A stretch of DNA of 64,000 nucleotides, taken from NCBI GenBank assembly GCA_965223265.1, contig OZ244999.1:2372957-2436956 (forward strand), written 5' to 3'. Position numbers and translations under genes: made by a program. Below, in pieces: positions 16,275 through 26,548 of this stretch (position 1 is the stretch's first letter; every line of letters begins with the position of its first letter). Origin of the DNA: Planctomycetota bacterium (GTDB lineage Bacteria > Planctomycetota > UBA8108 > SXIK01). The notes beneath the pieces are model-generated. The model saw nothing but the letters and a program-made list of their open reading frames with translations, was not told the DNA's origin and searched no databases.

Positions 16275-18482
16275 GTGTCAGAAACAACGGAAGTGCCCAA
16301 GTTGAAAGAGATTGTACGGCTGGCCGAGGCCGGGTTCGGTGCTCTCGAGGTCGACTCAAACCTGCAGGAGACCGCGAGTCAGAATCTCGCGACATGGCTA
16401 GAGACTCCGTACGGACAGGAATCACTGGCGCAGATCGAGCACCTGGTCGAGCAGCGCCAGTTCGGAACACTTTTTGACGCTTTTTTTCGTCAGATTCCGT
16501 TCGGCACTGGTGGCAGGCGAGGTCCCGTCGGGTACGGCACGAATCGAATCAATGCTGCCACGATCGCGACGTCGATCCAGGGGCACGCAGAGTTTATCCG
16601 GCAGCGATTCCCGAATCGAAGCGACCTCTCGGTCGTTGTCGCCTTTGACGTCCGAGTGTTTCAGGACCTGCGAGGCGTGTATGATCCTTCGCGTCCCCAT
16701 CCACTGCTTGGAGCGACTTCAAAAAACTTCGCGTGCATTGCTGCCTCGGTCTACGCTGCCAACGGTATCAAGGTTTGGCTTCCCAAGTTCGACGGTAGTT
16801 GCATTTCCACACCGGAGCTGTCGTTCGCCATTCGGTTCCTGGGGAGCTGCGGTGGGTTGAACGTCAGTGCCTCTCACAATCACCCTGACGACAACGGAGC
16901 AAAGATCTACAACGACCGCGGCAGTCAGGAAATCCCCCCGCTTGACGAAGAGCTCGCTCGAATCGTTGAAGCGACGACGGAGACGCGTTCGATGCCGTTC
17001 GCGGAGGCCGTCGGACAAGGGATGGTTCAGTGGCTATCGCCCGATTGTTACGAGGCCTACTTGCGCATGAACGTCGCTGCATCGCGGCGTCCGGAGGCGC
17101 GTTCGGCTCGCGTCGTGTTCACGCCCCTTCATGGCACTGGATATCATTCCGCCGGCGCCGTCCTTGAGCGGGCGCAGTTCCCGGTGGAACTCTTCGAGCC
17201 GCAGGCGTCTCAGGACGGCACGTTTCCTGGTGTGCCTTTTCGCTCGCCCAACCCTGAAGTTCCCCAATCGTTAGAGGCCGCCGCCGCCGCCGCCAAGGAG
17301 CGTGCTGCCGACTTAGTCCTCGGCACGGATCCGGACGCCGATCGCATCGGCATGATGGCACCTCACGGCGACGAGTGGGTGTTCTTCACGGGGAACGAGA
17401 TCGGCCTCATCCTTGTGCAGTACCTGCTCATCGACGCCGAGAAGCGCGTGCGCGGTAGTGGACACCCCTTCGCTGTGACAACGGTCGTTACAACCTCTCT
17501 CTTCGGGAAGATCTGCCGGTCGCAGGGCGTTGAGGTAATCGACGATCTCGGCGTCGGGTTCAAGTACATCGCCGACATCATGAATCTGGCAGAGTCCGAG
17601 GGTGGATTCCGCGGCGTGCGCGCCGGCATCGAGGACTTCGTGCTCGGTATCGAGGAATCACATGGCTACCTGATCGTTCCGGATGTGCGCGACAAGGATG
17701 CTGCCGGCGCGGCGTTGCTTCTTGCTGAGCTCGCATCCGTATTGAAGCAGGAGGGCCGCAGTTTCGTCGACTATTTGAACTCGATCTATCTTCAGCACGG
17801 CTACGTTCGCAACGTCTTGGTATCGACGATCATGCTCGGCGCTACCGGATTCACGCGCATGCGGAAGATTCAACAGTCGCTGCGAGACGATCCACCGGCG
17901 CAAATCGGTGGGCGTCGTGTTCTCGAATGCATCGATCGCTGGGACGAAAGCGGTCCGCTTGGCAAGATCGTCTCGGAGACCGACCGCACGTCTCGTGACC
18001 TCATCACGTTCCAGCTCGAGGGCGGTGCGCGGCTCACGCTCAGGCCAAGCGGCACGGAGTCAAAAAACAAGATTTACGTCGAGGTGTGTGGCGAGTCGCT
18101 CGGCGAACATGCTTCGAGCACGGCGCTGGAAGAGGAGAAGTGTCGGATCGACGCTGCGGCGCGTGAGCTTGCCAAAGCGTTCACGCGTGAGATGCTCGCG
18201 CGGATTGAGATCTCACTTCCTGACTTTGCGCTCGAGATCTCCGACCTCGTTCCGCTCGAGTGCAAGGTCGACTTCGCGACGACGTTCATGCCGGAGCTGA
18301 AAAGGCGTTTGACGGCGGATGGGAGTGGGACGGCCACCGGGGCGTGGATTGACGAGCACCTCAAAAGCTACGGCGCAGACGCGCGCCTTTTGGTGCGACC
18401 GGCGGTCGCTGCTTACATCGCCAGCGAGGCGCCGGATGCGGACGTGAAAGCTGCATTGGAAGGACTTTTCGGGCTTGATTAG
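16275..18482 (+). CDS. alpha-D-phosphohexomutase family enzyme (phosphoglucomutase/phosphomannomutase-like, long form)
   Basis: NVSASHNHPDDNG (phosphoserine loop) and TDPDADRIGMM (metal-binding loop). 735 aa. Confidence 0.8.
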   Translation: MSETTEVPKLKEIVRLAEAGFGALEVDSNLQETASQNLATWLETPYGQESLAQIEHLVEQRQFGTLFDAFFRQIPFGTGGRRGPVGYGTNRINAATIATSIQGHAEFIRQRFPNRSDLSVVVAFDVRVFQDLRGVYDPSRPHPLLGATSKNFACIAASVYAANGIKVWLPKFDGSCISTPELSFAIRFLGSCGGLNVSASHNHPDDNGAKIYNDRGSQEIPPLDEELARIVEATTETRSMPFAEAVGQGMVQWLSPDCYEAYLRMNVAASRRPEARSARVVFTPLHGTGYHSAGAVLERAQFPVELFEPQASQDGTFPGVPFRSPNPEVPQSLEAAAAAAKERAADLVLGTDPDADRIGMMAPHGDEWVFFTGNEIGLILVQYLLIDAEKRVRGSGHPFAVTTVVTTSLFGKICRSQGVEVIDDLGVGFKYIADIMNLAESEGGFRGVRAGIEDFVLGIEESHGYLIVPDVRDKDAAGAALLLAELASVLKQEGRSFVDYLNSIYLQHGYVRNVLVSTIMLGATGFTRMRKIQQSLRDDPPAQIGGRRVLECIDRWDESGPLGKIVSETDRTSRDLITFQLEGGARLTLRPSGTESKNKIYVEVCGESLGEHASSTALEEEKCRIDAAARELAKAFTREMLARIEISLPDFALEISDLVPLECKVDFATTFMPELKRRLTADGSGTATGAWIDEHLKSYGADARLLVRPAVAAYIASEAPDADVKAALEGLFGLD

Positions 18483-18651
18483 AAGCATGCCCAACGGCAT
18501 CGTCGGTCGTTCCCTGTCGCGTCGAAGTCATCGGCAGGGGATCCACCCGGCGAGAGCTGGGAAGACTTCGGGTCTTGAGCAAGAATTCATTGTTAACCGT
18601 CGCCGCAGGGCTCTAAGAGTGTCCGCGCGATTTTGATCAGGGAGAAAAACG

Positions 18652-19068
18652 ATGAAACAGGGTTTCTCGGTCGTACTGGCGTGTCTTGCCGTCGCGGGTC
18701 TGGTTGGCTGCGGCAGTGCGGAAACGTCGTCGCCGCTCGACAGGGTTGAGGGAACGAAGGACTCCCACGAGTTCAGGAAAATCTTTCACAGGGCCGTCGA
18801 AGGTAGCTCGAGGGAGCAGAATCACGTCGGCTACTCGGACCGAATCTTCACCGACGTGGATCCGGACGGAATCACGTATGTGATGGACCTGAAGTTCGAA
18901 CGCAAGGGCTTCGTCTTGCCGTCGGGCGCCGCGTATCGTTACGAGATTCGGGGCGATGAGGTCGACACTGTTGAGCTCGGGAACACGGGTTTTGTCAACG
19001 GCGTCAAGGGGATCCTTGGTCTCCGGGGACAAATCACTCTCGAAGTGGCCACGTTGGACGGCGAGTGA
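18652..19068 (+). CDS. Small hypothetical lipoprotein
   Basis: RBS GGGAGAAAAACG then MKQGFSVVLACLAVAGLVGCGS (lipobox). Confidence 0.6.
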   Translation: MKQGFSVVLACLAVAGLVGCGSAETSSPLDRVEGTKDSHEFRKIFHRAVEGSSREQNHVGYSDRIFTDVDPDGITYVMDLKFERKGFVLPSGAAYRYEIRGDEVDTVELGNTGFVNGVKGILGLRGQITLEVATLDGE

Positions 19069-19177
19069 ACGAAGGGTTCCCTACACGGTTAGGCACAGAA
19101 GAAAGCGCGCCGAGTGAGCGAGTTCGTTCACTGAGCGCGCTTTCTTCTTGGCTGAACCAACGATCGGAGTCTCTGAC

Positions 19178-19430
19178 CTCGAGTTTGGCCATTTCGCGCC
19201 GGCCTGGCCGGACGAGTTTCGCGGGAATTCAAAGGCCCTTTCGACTTTTTAGTACCCTGAGAACCCTTGTGCATGTTCAAAAACTCCTGTCCGGCCCTTC
19301 GGGGAACGCCAGGAGCGCCGATGCCTGCGTCGCTCCTCCGCCACGATCGCAGCGGGATCGCGTTGTCGTCGCTCCTTGGCCTCGACGCTCCTGGCGTTCC
19401 CAGGCTCGACGCGAAATGGCCAAACTCGAG
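19178..19430. mobile_element. MITE derived from the IS701-like element at 1761-3209 (253 bp, 20-bp TIR, 5-bp TSD CTGAC)
   Basis: Ends CTCGAGTTTGGCCATTTCGC / GCGAAATGGCCAAACTCGAG match the IS TIR. Direct repeat CTGAC at 19173-19177 and 19431-19435. No transposase. Confidence 0.75.
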
Positions 19431-19440
19431 CTGACGACCC

Positions 19441-19510
19441 GTTGAAAAAGTCATTCGGCTGAGAAACCGGCCCCTTCACGCCCAGATTTCAGCTCGAACC
19501 ACTTTTTCAA
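19441..19510. repeat. Second copy of REP-like element (GTTGAAAAAGTCATTCGGCTGAGAAACCGG … CCACTTTTTCAAT)
   Basis: Left arm is nearly identical to the reverse complement of 3337-3367. It sits 5 bp from the MITE TSD, the same spacing as at the IS. Confidence 0.6.
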
Positions 19511-19517
19511 TGTTAGT

Positions 19518-20669
19518 TTAGTCGGACTCGCAACCGAGACTACCGCTGCCGTCGTCGGATGGGTCGACGCCGGGCTGCGGGAACGGTTCTGGGGGCTGCG
19601 GGCCGCCAACGAAGAGATAGTTGAGCGTCCAGATCGCATCCGAGATGTCGATCTTAGTGTCGTTGTTTGCATCCGCGGCGTCGAGGCACGGCGGCGCTGG
19701 ACCGCCGGTGAACGCCCAGTTGAGAGTGTACGTCGGGTCGGAGATGTCAACGACGTCGTCCTTGTTCGAGTCGCCGCGAATGAAACCACGACGAATGTCG
19801 ATGCCGCCTCCGGTTCCAAGCTCGGGGCGAAACACGTCACCACCGATCGTCACGACATTGTGCACCTCTGGATACGACTCAGGTGGGTCTGGGGAGTTGG
19901 CTACGGGGATCACGATGCCGTCAACGAAATCGATCGCAGCGAAGCCTTGGTCGGCGCTGATCACAATGGAACACTCGAGGGTTGCGACGAGCTGGTCGGA
20001 GCCTGCAGGGAGAAAAGGACTTTCGCCGACCGTGAAGTAGAACGGTGTCGCGAAATCCTTGAGAGCTGCAATGTAGGCGACGCCCTCATTGTTGTTTTCT
20101 TCTGCAGTGATGTACTCGGTGCTTTCTGCCGACAGCAGCGTGCCTTCCTCGGTGTTGATTCGATCGACCTGAATCTGATTCGGGTCGTACCCAATGAGCA
20201 TCGTCAGGCCTGTGACTTCCGCCTCATTACTCATCATGATCGGCACGGTGATGCCGGTGTGACTGGGTACGCCGGCGTTGGTTCCGATGGAGAAGGTGAA
20301 CCGGCTGTCTCGTCCATCAGGCACCGTGACATCCGGCGTTGTGTCGGCTCCGGGAGTCTCGAACGGCGGTGGGGGTGGCGGGCCGTCGTTGAACAGAAAC
20401 TCGACCAAGTAGGTGTAGTCAGCGACGGTCACCAAGCCGTCGTCGTTGACATCGGCAGCGTCCGGACATCCCGATACCGGAGCACTCCGTGCGATGAACA
20501 TATAGGCGACAAGATCTACCGCGTCGTTAAGATCTACGACGACCTCGCCTCCCGGCTCGAGGTTGACGATATTGCCTCGAGTGAACACGCAGTCCTGCGC
20601 GGCGACGGGTGGCGCGAGAAGCCCTGCAACCCCGCACGCACATACAAACACAATGGACCAGCACTTCAT
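19518..20669 (-). CDS. Secreted protein with N-terminal single and C-terminal double dockerin-like repeats
   Basis: Signal MKCWSIVFVCACGVAGLLAPPVAA. DAADVNDDGLVTVADYTYLVEFLFNDGPPPP near the N-terminus. C-terminal GDSNKDDVVDISDPTYTLNWAFTGGPAPPC…DANNDTKIDISDAIWTLNYLFVGG. Confidence 0.7.
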   Translation of the reverse strand: MKCWSIVFVCACGVAGLLAPPVAAQDCVFTRGNIVNLEPGGEVVVDLNDAVDLVAYMFIARSAPVSGCPDAADVNDDGLVTVADYTYLVEFLFNDGPPPPPPFETPGADTTPDVTVPDGRDSRFTFSIGTNAGVPSHTGITVPIMMSNEAEVTGLTMLIGYDPNQIQVDRINTEEGTLLSAESTEYITAEENNNEGVAYIAALKDFATPFYFTVGESPFLPAGSDQLVATLECSIVISADQGFAAIDFVDGIVIPVANSPDPPESYPEVHNVVTIGGDVFRPELGTGGGIDIRRGFIRGDSNKDDVVDISDPTYTLNWAFTGGPAPPCLDAADANNDTKIDISDAIWTLNYLFVGGPQPPEPFPQPGVDPSDDGSGSLGCESD

Positions 20670-21160
20670 TCTTCCTCCTCGAGTCCTCCACCCAGTACAA
20701 GGATTCCGCCGAAACCCTTGACCCTCAGAAGAGACTCTTCGATAGCTCGAACACCGGCATAGCCGGGGACCCTGCTCTCACGCTCTCGGAGTTGCTCCGC
20801 GACGCGTGTCCAAGCGATTTTGACCCGTCACCCAGGTGGATTGCCAACCTTTTCCTTCGACCCATGGCTGGAACCCACGTCGAACCTGCATTGTAGGCTG
20901 CGGTCGCATCCAGCGCAAGGGCAGGTTAGAATGATTGTCGGGTGAATGAGACGTTGACGGGGGCTGGGTTTTGGTGAGATCGCGCGGTCGCGAGGGGGAG
21001 ATTCGAGGCGAGCCCTCTTAAATGGCGCCCTAAATCGTGAAACCGTAGCGCATTTGAGCCGACACACGGTTCAGAAGAATTAAATAATCGGGCGTGTCGT
21101 AGCGTCATCCCTCCGGGGCTTTCATCCGCAGACCGCCGCCATTGTCAGAGGAGCTTGAAC

Positions 21161-22228
21161 ATGCAACCGATGAGCCGAACCGCCGCGTTTTTCGCTGCTG
21201 TGGCCGCTGCCGTCGTTTGGTCGTTCCCGGTGTCCGCGTCGGAGGGGCCAACTGGAGGAGAGCCGGCACCTTCGACCAACTCGAGCTCTGACCCTGAGGC
21301 GGTGCCGGTTCTGGTGATCGAGCAGCGAACGAGTGGACTTCCTTCAAATGACCCCGAGGAGAAGGCCGAGGAGGGGAGGCAGCTCATCGTCGTCGACCAT
21401 GGCGGCCGCAAGCTGCTCATGCGTGACTTTCGCATCGACGCCAAGAGCGGTCAGGCCGTTCTGCAGCGCACCGTTCTACTTCGCCTCGATCACGAGCCGC
21501 CGCGTATTTACAGTATTGCACCTGACGGCAGCTGCTTCATTGAGCACCCTGGCGACCTGAACGATCTTCAGGTCAAGCGACGTATCCAGGAGCGCAATTT
21601 TCTCGAGCAGGTGAAGAGACTTTCCGCCGCGGAGCGAAAACAGTTCTTCATAGAGAATCCTCGTCTGCGTCCAGACGGCCGACGCGAGGCCACGCAGTCG
21701 ATGCTGCAAGGTGAGACGCACCTTGAGCTCGAGTGCGAAAGGCTCGTGGTCAAGGAGAACGATCTGACAATCATCGACGCGCAAATCACCCGAGAGCTGC
21801 CCGGAGCTCGCAGCTACTACCACCTCTATCGCCGTCTCGGTGTGTTTTCCGAAGAGGTGTTGGACGTCCTCAAGGAGATCGAGGGGGTGCCGCTGCGCAG
21901 TCGGATCACCGTCGTCACGGCGCTGCCGATCTGGACGCTTGAAGCTGAGATTCTGAGCTATCGAGAGGAGATGCTCTCGCCCCGCGCTTTCGAGTTGCCG
22001 CCCGACGCAAAAGCATGTCCGAGCGATGACGTCCCGGCCAATTGTCCGCAGTGCGCTAAGGTCATCGAGGATCCGGCGAGCGCGGTTCTGTACATTCGCC
22101 GAGGTGGCACACGCGTACACTTGTGCTCGGAGGAGTGCGCGGATCGCTATGCCGACGAGCTCCTAAAACAGCGGTCGAAGAAACCGCGCGGGAGGCCGCA
22201 GAGCGGCAAGCCGACCGGAAAGAAGTGA
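21161..22228 (+). CDS. Secreted hypothetical protein with C-terminal YHS/TRASH-like metal-binding domain
   Basis: RBS AGAGGAG. Signal peptide. C-terminal CPQCAKVIEDPASAVLYIRRGGTRVHLCSEECADRY. Confidence 0.55.
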   Translation: MQPMSRTAAFFAAVAAAVVWSFPVSASEGPTGGEPAPSTNSSSDPEAVPVLVIEQRTSGLPSNDPEEKAEEGRQLIVVDHGGRKLLMRDFRIDAKSGQAVLQRTVLLRLDHEPPRIYSIAPDGSCFIEHPGDLNDLQVKRRIQERNFLEQVKRLSAAERKQFFIENPRLRPDGRREATQSMLQGETHLELECERLVVKENDLTIIDAQITRELPGARSYYHLYRRLGVFSEEVLDVLKEIEGVPLRSRITVVTALPIWTLEAEILSYREEMLSPRAFELPPDAKACPSDDVPANCPQCAKVIEDPASAVLYIRRGGTRVHLCSEECADRYADELLKQRSKKPRGRPQSGKPTGKK

Positions 22229-22409
22229 TCTGCGCCTTCGCGTTGTGCTGGCGATGTTTTCGCCGCTCTCCGGTGCGACGGCGCACGAAAGACCGACTTG
22301 TAGCTCATGGCGCCCAACAAGAAAAAAGCGGCGCCGTAGTCGAAGTCGTGTCGACTACGGCGCCGCCAAGAGCGAGCATCTCGCGCAGCTAACGCGAGCA
22401 GTTGAGCGG

Positions 22410-23927
22410 TTAAGGCGCGACGCGCAGACCGGTAGGAGCCGCCGGCGGAACGTCGTCGCTCGGCGTGGGCGTGACCGTGACGCCACTGTACTTTGCCCAC
22501 ATCTCGTCAACGAAGCTGCTACGAGACGAGCCTTGTCCGGCCCAGCCGGAGGTGTCAATGTTGTACTGAAGAAGGGCCTGTCGGTGAACCTCGGTTTCTT
22601 CCTGAGTCATCCACCGTTCAACGTAGTCGAAGAAGGGAGCGTGATCCCACAGCTCTTCGGCACCCATGAGCCGGGCCGCGAGGGCCATGCCAACGAAGGC
22701 GTGCGAGGAGCAGCAGCGACGGTACGACTCCGCTCGTTTGCGCACTGCGTTGTTCGCCCACAGGTTTGGGTGCTGGAATTCGTGGAGCGGATAGATTCCG
22801 AAACTGTTGCCATCTTTGAGGCGCCACATGACGGTGTCACCGCTACCGCCGCTGGCCTTGTCGTGCCAGCCAGTGACACCACGAACCTTTTGGGCGCCGG
22901 CCGTCGACGAGCTCACAGGTCGACCTTCTGCATCGACGTACTCTGGAAGCTCGGGATCGTCGAAATAGTAGGTTTGTCCGTCTTCCTGAAAGAGGAAGCG
23001 GCCGGTCGACGCTCGCTTCGGTAGCGACTTCATTCCTGGTTCATTCAACATGATGCCAGCGAAAAGGATCGGCCACTTGCGACCGAGATAGATCCCGGCA
23101 TCAGCAGACCAGGTGCCGCCAGCCTTCATCAAACCGTACAGATCGATTCCGGCTTGCACGAAACCGTACATGGTCGGCTTAAGCTCCTCGATCGGATAGT
23201 CGAGCAGCAGCTGAAGGCCGACCTCGGACGCGTGTTCACCGATCCATTGACCGTAGCTCGGAATGTTTTCGTACGGCGCGCTATCACTCTTCACCCAGCT
23301 GTCGACGTGATCGATCCACGCTCTTTGCACCTTCTTGAAGGACGAGGCCAGGCTTGGAAGCGAAGCGATCTCTGAGCGCGGAAAACGCGGCAGCAGATTC
23401 CACTGGATATCGTTCGCCGAGAACGAATACGGATCCTGTGAACTGTCTGCGATGCGCGTTGGACGCGAATACGGTGGGCGGAATTTGTCGGGGCTCTGCG
23501 GTACGTCGACGACCGTCAAGACCGCGACCGTTCGCACCCACGTAAAGGAATTGAGTTTTTGAGCAGCACTCACTGCTGAACAGATCGTGTCGCCCGGGTT
23601 GAGAGTCATTGGAGGCGAATCGCAGAGGTTCGCGTCGTAGTTACTCGCCGAGCGAATGCGATTATCGTATCCCTGCTGTGAGACGAACCCCGGGTTCACC
23701 ATCGAACCGTTTTGCCCATTGGCGCACGGCTGCGGGCTGATCCCTGTGATGTTCACTGGGCCGACGACCCAGTAGTCGCCGTTGACATACTGGCCGATCT
23801 CATACTGACGATCGAATGTCCAGGTCACCCCGTACTGGGAGACGCTGCTAGCCGTTGCCGCGACGAGTGAGTGCGGCAAATACAGCATACTTAGGAAAAC
23901 GAACGCGTACGTTAACTTCGGTTTCAT
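22410..23927 (-). CDS. Secreted hypothetical protein (505 aa)
   Basis: Signal MKPKLTYAFVFLSMLYLPHSLVAA. Long uninterrupted ORF with no recognisable motif. Confidence 0.55.
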   Translation of the reverse strand: MKPKLTYAFVFLSMLYLPHSLVAATASSVSQYGVTWTFDRQYEIGQYVNGDYWVVGPVNITGISPQPCANGQNGSMVNPGFVSQQGYDNRIRSASNYDANLCDSPPMTLNPGDTICSAVSAAQKLNSFTWVRTVAVLTVVDVPQSPDKFRPPYSRPTRIADSSQDPYSFSANDIQWNLLPRFPRSEIASLPSLASSFKKVQRAWIDHVDSWVKSDSAPYENIPSYGQWIGEHASEVGLQLLLDYPIEELKPTMYGFVQAGIDLYGLMKAGGTWSADAGIYLGRKWPILFAGIMLNEPGMKSLPKRASTGRFLFQEDGQTYYFDDPELPEYVDAEGRPVSSSTAGAQKVRGVTGWHDKASGGSGDTVMWRLKDGNSFGIYPLHEFQHPNLWANNAVRKRAESYRRCCSSHAFVGMALAARLMGAEELWDHAPFFDYVERWMTQEETEVHRQALLQYNIDTSGWAGQGSSRSSFVDEMWAKYSGVTVTPTPSDDVPPAAPTGLRVAP

Positions 23928-24362
23928 GACTTCTCCTCATGCCTGCCTCGAATGTGGCGAGTTTCTCGAGAACTGAAAAGCTCAATGTATCGTTTCCACG
24001 ACGATCGCAGCAGCAAAAATCGTCATTCGTGGTTTCCCTCCGATGCGATCACTTCTCCTGGGCTGCAATGGCGACACAACACCACGGGGTAGTAAGCAAT
24101 GCAGGTGCCAAGGCTCTGAAGACTGTGGGGCTGCGAACTTAACACCTTTGAAGACAAAGCGTTGCAATGAAATCGTGGGCCAGACAGAAAGGCTAAGGCA
24201 GGTAGGTAAGAATTACCCGATAGTCCGAGATCGCCTGACCGCACCAAGAAATGCTGGTTTCCCGGACATGAGAGTGCGCCTGCCGTGCGTGAAGGTCGCC
24301 CGCGCAGCGAAGTCGCGGTGGACGCGCAGACCGACGTCTCGGTGGGTTACGTAACGTCGGGG

Positions 24363-25091
24363 CTACGGTGCGTCAAAGCCGCCGATGACGATCCATGACT
24401 TCACGAGGCCGCAGAATCGTTCCGGGACGATGCGGGCGGCGGGGAACGCCTCGGCAAGTTCGCGACGTTTCATGAGGCGCACTTCACGGACGGCGGCCTG
24501 GGCGTCGGCAAGATCTGGACATGGGCCGCGCCAACCGCAGCGTCGGCGGCGGATGAGCGCCACACGCGTAGACTCTGGCAGCCACTGCCACCCAGGCATA
24601 TGAAAGTGAGGCTCTACAGGGAACCAGTAGTTCGGAGTCTGCACCCAGTAGGATTTGGCGACGCGCGTCACCTCGCGTGCCATCGCGCGCTGGTTTTCGA
24701 GGGTGAAGAGATGCTCGATCACCGAATTGCTGAACGCTATGTCGAAGCTGGAATCCGAGAATTCAGCGAGGTTGGTCGCGTCGCCCTTGGCGGGCTGGAT
24801 GTTGTCGTGTTTGGATTCTTCCAGCTCGAGATTGACCAGGGTGATTTGATAGTCACTGTGGCCAGCCCAGCCGCGTTGTTCCCAGAAGGAGTTCGTACCA
24901 CCGATGTCGAGGATTCGAAGCGGTTTTGCGAGCGGCCGGACCAACTCTTCGAACATTTGAAACCGCTTGGATCGCAGCCGATTGCCCAGCGACTTAGGAT
25001 CATGCGAATCTGCGAACCGCCGCAAGTTCACCATAAGATTTTCGACCATGAAGCTTGTTGATGGTTGCGCCGAGCTGCCGCGGCGTCTCAC
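24363..25091 (-). CDS. Class I SAM-dependent methyltransferase
   Basis: ILDIGGTNSFW glycine-rich motif I. Acidic post-I residue. Length typical for the family. Confidence 0.65.
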   Translation of the reverse strand: MRRRGSSAQPSTSFMVENLMVNLRRFADSHDPKSLGNRLRSKRFQMFEELVRPLAKPLRILDIGGTNSFWEQRGWAGHSDYQITLVNLELEESKHDNIQPAKGDATNLAEFSDSSFDIAFSNSVIEHLFTLENQRAMAREVTRVAKSYWVQTPNYWFPVEPHFHMPGWQWLPESTRVALIRRRRCGWRGPCPDLADAQAAVREVRLMKRRELAEAFPAARIVPERFCGLVKSWIVIGGFDAP

Positions 25092-25528
25092 TCAGTCATC
25101 ATCGGCAGTCTATGCTTCCAGACTGGTGAAGGCGACACCAATCTCTCGCCTCGTGGAGGACCTTCCGAAAACCTCTCAGGGTAGCGAGTGTGCCGACATG
25201 GCACCTCAGGCGAAGCAACCCCTGAAAAGCCTATCGACCCGGGGCATCAACGGTTCAAGAGGGGTTGCCGGAACCGCGGACATCGCCGCTGAGCGCCAGA
25301 ATTTCCTTCACACGCCCGCTTGCCTTTCCGATCTGTGCAAGTACACTCTGGGTTTTCACGGCATCGTACGCTGGGGAATCCTAGACAATCTCATTCGACT
25401 TAGGCCGGTTTTTGCGCGCGAGATCCCGCCGCGCGGCCCGTTTGTGGCCGTCGTCAGCAGAAGCGGATCTGGTGACTTGCGAGACAAGGTCTCCGTAGAA
25501 ACACAGGCAGCCTCAGGGACCTCCAAGA

Positions 25529-26449
25529 ATGACTCACGTGACGGCTGACTCGGGACCGTCCGATGCCTCACCAGCGCGCGATCGATTGATCGAGCTTTCC
25601 CGTGACCCGGGGCGACTTGCCGGCGACCTCCCGGTGCGCTGCGTTTTCACCGATCGCTTCGGAAAGAACTGGGAGATTCGTCACGACCCTGACCTCGACC
25701 TTGGCGTGACGTTTCCGCGCATTGAGCCTGGCGACCTCGGACCGTACTACGGTGAGGACTACCACTGCTTTGCCGCTGGACGCGGGCCCGGCTCACTCAA
25801 TCACAAGGTGCGCGCTGCGATCTATCGACGCCCGACGCTTGGGTTTTTCAAGAACTTCTTCGACGTCATCATTGACCGTCTTCCACCAGACGGCAGAATT
25901 CTCGACTTCGGTTGCGGCAATGCGGATCGCATGCGCTTCTACCGTGCCCTCGGCATTCAAGAGGTCTACGGGCTTGAGCCAAATGTTGAGCCCAACGATG
26001 AATGGGAAAGAGAGGGCATTGTCGTCAAGCGCGACCTCGATGAGTACGCCGGCTTTGAGTTCGACGCAATCATCCTTTCCCACGTGCTCGAACACCTCTT
26101 TGATTTCCAGGCGACTCTTGAACGTCTGCGCACTGTTTGCCGCCCGAACGCCAAGATCTACATCGCAGTGCCGAACCTCCACTCAACGATCTTTCAAACG
26201 ATCGGGCCTAACTGGCTCATGCTCGACGCGCCGCGGCATCTTTGGCACTTTTCGTACAAGTCTCTACGCACGACGCTTGAGGCGAGCGGGTACGAAGTGG
26301 TGAAGTTCTACACCAAGCCGGTCTATCCAGCCAACATTGGGGGACAGTCTTGGTTGCGAAAGAAGATGCTGATCCTGAAGGCCCTAGCGATTTGGTCCCT
26401 GAACCGACAACGAAGCGACGGGATTACGATGGTGGCTCGGGCGTCCTGA
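25529..26449 (+). CDS. Class I SAM-dependent methyltransferase
   Basis: ILDFGCGNADRM motif I, followed by D-L-D and HVLEH motifs. Confidence 0.65.
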   Translation: MTHVTADSGPSDASPARDRLIELSRDPGRLAGDLPVRCVFTDRFGKNWEIRHDPDLDLGVTFPRIEPGDLGPYYGEDYHCFAAGRGPGSLNHKVRAAIYRRPTLGFFKNFFDVIIDRLPPDGRILDFGCGNADRMRFYRALGIQEVYGLEPNVEPNDEWEREGIVVKRDLDEYAGFEFDAIILSHVLEHLFDFQATLERLRTVCRPNAKIYIAVPNLHSTIFQTIGPNWLMLDAPRHLWHFSYKSLRTTLEASGYEVVKFYTKPVYPANIGGQSWLRKKMLILKALAIWSLNRQRSDGITMVARAS

Positions 26450-26548
26450 CCGGAAACGAAGGCACATTCGTAGGGGTGATCTCGCGCGTCAGAGGCGAGA
26501 CCAGTGCGGGCGTTCACGAGAGATTTTGATGGTGTAGGAGGTCAGCAC

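Noticed and set aside
19860-20762. 300-aa plus-strand ORF
   Set aside because: It is antisense to the dockerin-repeat secreted protein gene, which has a clear signal peptide and repeats.
22245-23024. 259-aa plus-strand ORF
   Set aside because: It overlaps the 505-aa secreted-protein gene on the other strand. Arg-rich composition typical of spurious GC-rich ORFs.
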